This document shows, piece by piece, positions 59,280 to 64,000 of a DNA stretch of 64,000 bases (positions are counted from its first letter, which is position 1; each line of letters opens with the position of its first letter). The DNA comes from Amphiscolops sp. MND2022 (lineage: Eukaryota): assembly GCA_964187785.1 (NCBI GenBank), contig OZ076413.1, positions 44,766,001 to 44,830,000 of the forward strand, given 5' to 3'. Under the pieces are notes generated by a model. The model saw only the letters and a list, made by a program, of their open reading frames with translations, was not told where the DNA came from and ran no database searches. Position numbers and translations under genes: made by a program.

Positions 59280-60820
59280 ATTTTTTCATGAGGATTCTGA
59301 AAAAGTATGGTTTCATAAACTTTTGAAAAAATCATTATTTTCTTATTTTTTTTCTACTAAAATCACTAAAAAAATTTCTCTAAACGTATTTTCGTATCTT
59401 AGAATTGATTTCTGAGATGTATTTTTCATGCGGATTCTGAAAATGTATAGTTTTATAGACTCTTGAAAAAACCATTTTTCAATTTTTTTTTCATATTTTT
59501 TCTCGAATATTTTCAAGAAATTTTTGTAGAAACGTTTTTTCGAGTTGTATATATGTTTTCTAAGACGTACTTGTTATAAGGATTCTGAAAATGTATGGTT
59601 TAATGGACTTTTGAAAAATTTTTTTTTGATTTTTTCATATTTTTTCTCGAAATTTTTCAAGAAATTTTTGTCGAAACGTTTTTTCGAGTTGTATATATAT
59701 TTTCTAAGACGTACTTGTTATAAGGATTCTGAAAATGTATGGTTTAATGGACTTTTGAAAAATTTTTTTTTTGATTTTTTTTTCACATTTTTTCTCGAAA
59801 TTTTTCAAGAAATTTTTGTCGAAACGTTTTTTCGAGTTGTATATATGTTTTCTAAGACGTACTTGTTATAAGGATTCTGAAAATGTATGGTTTAATGGAC
59901 TTTTGAAAAAAATTTTTTTTTGATTTTTTTTTCACATTTTTTCTCGACATTTTTCAAGAAATTTTTGTCGAAACGTTTTTTTGAGTTGTATATATATATT
60001 TTCTAAGACGTACTTATTATAAGGATTCTGAAAATGTATAGTTTAATGGACTTTTGAAAAAAAATTTTTTGATTTTTTCATATTTTTTCTCGAAATTTTT
60101 CAAGAAATTTTTGTCGAAACGTTTTTTCGAGTTGTATATATGTTTTCTAAGACGTACTTGTTATAAGGATTCTGAAAATGTATGGTTTAATGGACTTTTG
60201 AAAAATTTTTTTTTTGATTTTTTTTCACATTTTTTCTCGAAATTTTTCAAGAAATTTTTGTCGAAACGTTTTTTCGAGTTGTAAATATGTTTTCTAAGAC
60301 GTACTTGTTATAAGGATTCTGAAAATGTATGGTTTAATGGATTTTTGAAAAAAAGTTTTTTTGATTTTTTTCACATTTTTTCTCGACATTTTTCAAGAAA
60401 TTTTTATCAAAACGTTTTTTCGAGTTGTTTATATGTTTTCTAAGACGTACTTGTTATAAGGATTCTGAAAATGTATGATTTTATAGACTTTTGAAAAAAT
60501 CATTTTTTCTTATTCTTTTTCTACTAAAATCACTAAAAATTTTTCTCTAAACATTTTTTCAACATTTACAATTGATTTCTGAGATGTATTTTTCAGGAGG
60601 ATTCTGAAAATGTATGATTTTATAGACTTTTGGAAAAATCGTTTTTTCTTATTCTTTTTCTACTAAAATCACTAAAAATTTTTCTCTAAACATTTTTTCA
60701 ACATTTACAATTGATTTCTGAAATGTTTTTTTTCATGAGGATTCTGAAAATGTATGGTTTAATAGACTTTTGAAAAAATCATTTTTTCTTATTCTTTTTC
60801 TACTAAAATCACTAAAAATT
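59280..60820 (+). repeat. Subterminal tandem array of ~140-150-bp units running into the right TIR
   Basis: GGATTCTGAAA recurs 11 times (59292 to 60739); seven units carry TAAGACGTACTT(G/A)TTATAAG. Confidence 0.92.
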
Positions 60821-61458
60821 AATAAATTCGAAATAGTAAACCAATGCAATTGACAAAATTGAAAGCAATAACATTTCAACTTCAATCTCTCGCACAGGGT
60901 AGCCCTTAAAAGGGCTGGGTTGAAAAGAAAGTTAGGTTATAGGTAAAAAGTGGGTAGAGAAAAATTGGTTGAACAACCAAAGGACAGCATGTCTGGTTGA
61001 GTTAGTAAATTTATTAATGTTGAAAAGGAAACCTTGAAGTGATAATTACTTTTTCTGACGGGTAGTCTACTTTACTGAACTAGTTAATAGTCCTTGAATA
61101 GAAATCCACTAACAGATAATTACTCTTGCTGACGGGTAGTCTACTTTACTGAACTAGTTAATGTTCGTTGAATAGAAATCCACTAACACATAATTACTTT
61201 CGCCGACGGGTAGTCTGATAAGATTGACAGGTTCTTTTGTTCGAGGAGATAATTAGTTCATATAGTCGGATGACCTTCACAGGTTATTTGACTCAAATAA
61301 GACAGTTCTCGGGTGAATGAACCCCTAGCTGACTGATAAAATTGACAGGTTATTTAATTTGAGGAGATAAATTTCTAAAGGATATTGAAGCGGAACACGA
61401 AAAAAGGTAAATGAACTCCTCACTTTATACCTGCCACATTGGAACATATACTACTACT
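60477..61458 (-). repeat. Right TIR of element 2
   Basis: Reverse complement of 44023-45004. Confidence 0.97.
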
Positions 61459-61810
61459 TCCAATGTATCCAGCTGTTTCGACATTGTGGACAGTCGCATG
61501 CATACTGCCAGGTACATGACCCAGAAGCATTCAAAGAATACCTTGTTAATGTGATTCAAGTTCATTCACAATTTAGAGTCGAGAGACTTTGGGACAACAA
61601 GCATGACTCCGGCGTCTTTATCTTTCAGCGGCATTCTGCTACCTGATCAGAAAGTCTTTTCTAGGCAACGCATATTCAGAAACTATGAAAAAAGGTTGGA
61701 TAAAAATATTAGATTTAAAGTCTCACTGAACAGAAAATACTAACGACATTGATATAATGCTGAGTCTTTACTCCAAGGTTGCAGCAATTAAAGTACTCAA
61801 AGAGGGGAAG
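61459..61810 (-). pseudogene. Decayed LINE AP-endonuclease remnant (5' half)
   Basis: Degenerate YFNC..L, FC.SET, (R)GGGV-like DAGVMLVVPKSL and FFECFWV motifs in order on the minus strand. Confidence 0.45.
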
Positions 61811-62895
61811 TAAGCATTATCTCGAGGAAAAACTAGTGCCAAAAGCTCTACAACGGATTTAATACTTTTCCAATTTCACATTCAATTATCGTCAGAGCCA
61901 GAACGCGTACAGAAAACTAATTGAAATATTGTCTACTTTTGACGCACAAGACAAAAATTTTTCAGATACTCATAAACCTGAAAAAAGATATTCCGAATGC
62001 CCGAGTGTCTCTTTCGGAGCACTGGGCATTTCGACATGTCATGGTTTTTGTACCAGTTCCGAACTTTGAGAAAATCAAGTGGAAACATTCAAAAATTCGA
62101 TAAAACGTCTTTAACAAATTGGTAGTGTTATCTTTGGCCTCGAAATGAATCAGGACGAACTCACATCTTGAAATATTTCTCAAGTAGTAGTTTAAAGCAA
62201 TAGTAGTATTCGGAAGTTTATTCACTATTTCCGTTTCAATTCTTCAATCTTGTTCAGATTATGAAATGGAATTTCAAGACCACCAGTCTCAATGTTGTGG
62301 TGAAAGATCGTGGTACCTTCGGGTCGATACATCACGTACTCGATATACATCACGAAACTACAACACGGATACTTTCAATGAAACATGGTTCCAACATGGA
62401 ACGGAAACCGCGGGACGCAAATGGAAGATTTGAAACTGCTTTACAATTGAAACACTTTCTTCATAAAAACAAACCTCCGTTAATTGGAGCTGGGATCTGG
62501 AAGAACCTATAATTTTGTGTTTCTCGCAAGAACCGGAATCCGAAGTTAAGAAACAACGCGGCATCGAGAAGACTTTAATCAATCCCTTCAAAACAAAATT
62601 GGCCCAACACGTGAACCCTCAATATATAACTTACCGACAACAGTTCGGTCTTTGGCTGATAAAGTGTATTTGCTTCACAGCATTTCGCATACATTAAATT
62701 TTTCATGAGATACATGCCATTCATTCAATGCGCGAAATATTTGAGAAAGATGAAAGTTTTTTTTACCTCTATCAGATATCATGGATCTTCGTCATCAATC
62801 AAGTGCCGTGTGTATCATCATGTTGGGGGGAGAAGACACACACCCGTGGTCTGCAACGAAAGTAGGGAACCCCATACCAGCCACTATACCAGTAA

Positions 62896-63362
62896 TAAAC
62901 AAGACGAGAACGTCTAAAGTCGGCGCCATATCTAAGGCTCAAAAAGCGTAAAACACTTTTTTTGGAAAAAAATTGAAATTTTTGAAAAAATTTTTCTTTC
63001 AAAAGAAGTCACATAGTGCCGAAAAATGTAAAAGGGGGGACCCTTCTGGATTTATTAACAAACATTCCGTTGCAAAATATCAAAAAACTCAAAGGGGGGA
63101 CCCTTTGGGGACATTGAAAAATTTTGGAAAAAAGTCGCACAGTTCCGAAAAAAATCCAAAGGGGGGACCCTTTGGGCACGTCCGGTTTTGTATGTTTCCT
63201 TGAAAAAGTAAAAAATGAAAGGGGGACCCTTTGGAGTAAAGTTTGCCTTGGGCGGACTTGGCCTCAGGTGCTCTGCGCAGAATTGTAAAAAGTGGACCGA
63301 TCAGTGTGAGGATTGTAGTCTGAAGAAAAATAAGGAAAAAAGGAAAACGCGCCGACTAAAAA
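62896..63362 (-). mobile_element. HINE-like element
   Basis: AAACAAGACGAGAACGTCTAAAGTCGGCGCCATATC … GCGCCGACTAAAAA. Confidence 0.75.
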
Positions 63363-63532
63363 AACAACCAACAGTCTACTCAAACCAGCCACTACGCAGT
63401 CGACCGGTAGAATTTTTTTTAAAAGCTGCTATGATATAAAGTTTAAAAAAATTAGGCTATATGTAATAAATTTCTTCGAACGCATCTCTGTCGTTCGCAG
63501 TTCCTAGAACATAGTTCACGTTAGTTCACTAA

Positions 63533-63625
63533 GATGAAAGTGAAGCCATGCTGCTAATTGATGCCGACAATGCCTTCAACTCACTTAATCGCGACCTAGC
63601 TGTCCAAAACATCAAAATACTACGT
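63533..63625 (+). pseudogene. Small reverse transcriptase fragment (CRE-like non-LTR clade)
   Basis: Translates as EAMLLIDADNAFNSLNRDLAVQNIKIL, the D..NAFNS RT motif. Confidence 0.6.
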
Positions 63626-64000
63626 CGAGAAATATTTTGATAGTTGCCATCAATGTCGAGACGTTCGATGAGACCGGCAAAGAGCTTGAATTTCGAATTC
63701 TCAATTTTCTTGGGGACATTTTTCGATGAGTTCACGGTTTAGGATAACTATACAAGTAAATTAGTAATCATTACACGAATAAATTATTACAAAACGGTGA
63801 GAAATCAGTTAGGTCAAAATAGGCATCTCCGGGGCTCAGTACTATTTCTGCTTTAATCTTTATTTTTTTTAAACAACCGCCTTTAATTCTTCTCGGACTA
63901 AAGAAAATATAACTACTAAGCGTAGACAAAGTTTCGCATTCGCATTTGGTTACCAGTCACTTGGCTTAATACCATTTGGCTTAATTTTTTCGTCGAGTCA

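Larger units (their letters stand above)
44023..61458. mobile_element. Complete Polinton/Maverick element 2 (17436 bp)
   Basis: 982-bp TIRs, AGTAGTAG…CTACTACT termini, flanks TCCAAA/TCCAAT, and the full core gene set (PolB, ATPase, INT, mCP, MCP, PRO). Confidence 0.97.

Noticed and set aside
59430..60480. CRISPR-like array or repeat-encoded ORFs (59545-59871, 60054-60284)
   Set aside because: Whole ~147-bp units are near-identical with no unique spacers, there are no cas genes, the context is eukaryotic, and the ORFs are translations of the repeat.

Overview
AT-rich animal (invertebrate-type) nuclear DNA; the species cannot be identified from the sequence. The window holds two divergent Polinton/Maverick (adintovirus-like) endogenous viruses. 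Element 1 (<1 to ~10.0 kb) is cut off by the left window edge. Its order is INT > minor capsid > core protein > MCP > protease < spliced acidic gene < pPolB | PC4-like >. Element 2 is complete (44023-61458, 17436 bp), with 982-bp TIRs differing at one base, AGTAGT termini and a TCCAA(A/T) target duplication. It carries pPolB, PC4-like genes, a PLA2-like gene, packaging ATPase, INT, minor and major capsids and protease, and several of these are disabled. Between the two elements lie intronless host DONSON and an unusually long cyclin E, a probable spliced host gene whose intron may contain element 1, an internally deleted piggyBac, a 5'-truncated CR1/L2-type LINE, decayed LINE fragments, small TIR elements and many Helentron-associated (HINE/DINE-1-like) repeats. 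The most notable points are a previously unannotated 3-exon acidic gene overlapping the element-1 PolB stop, PC4-like genes divergent from PolB in both viruses, different nuclease inserts in two zinc-finger-tipped PolBs, a circularly permuted gene order, and near-identical TIRs around a multiply defective genome. All calls come from reading motifs by eye; no searches were run.
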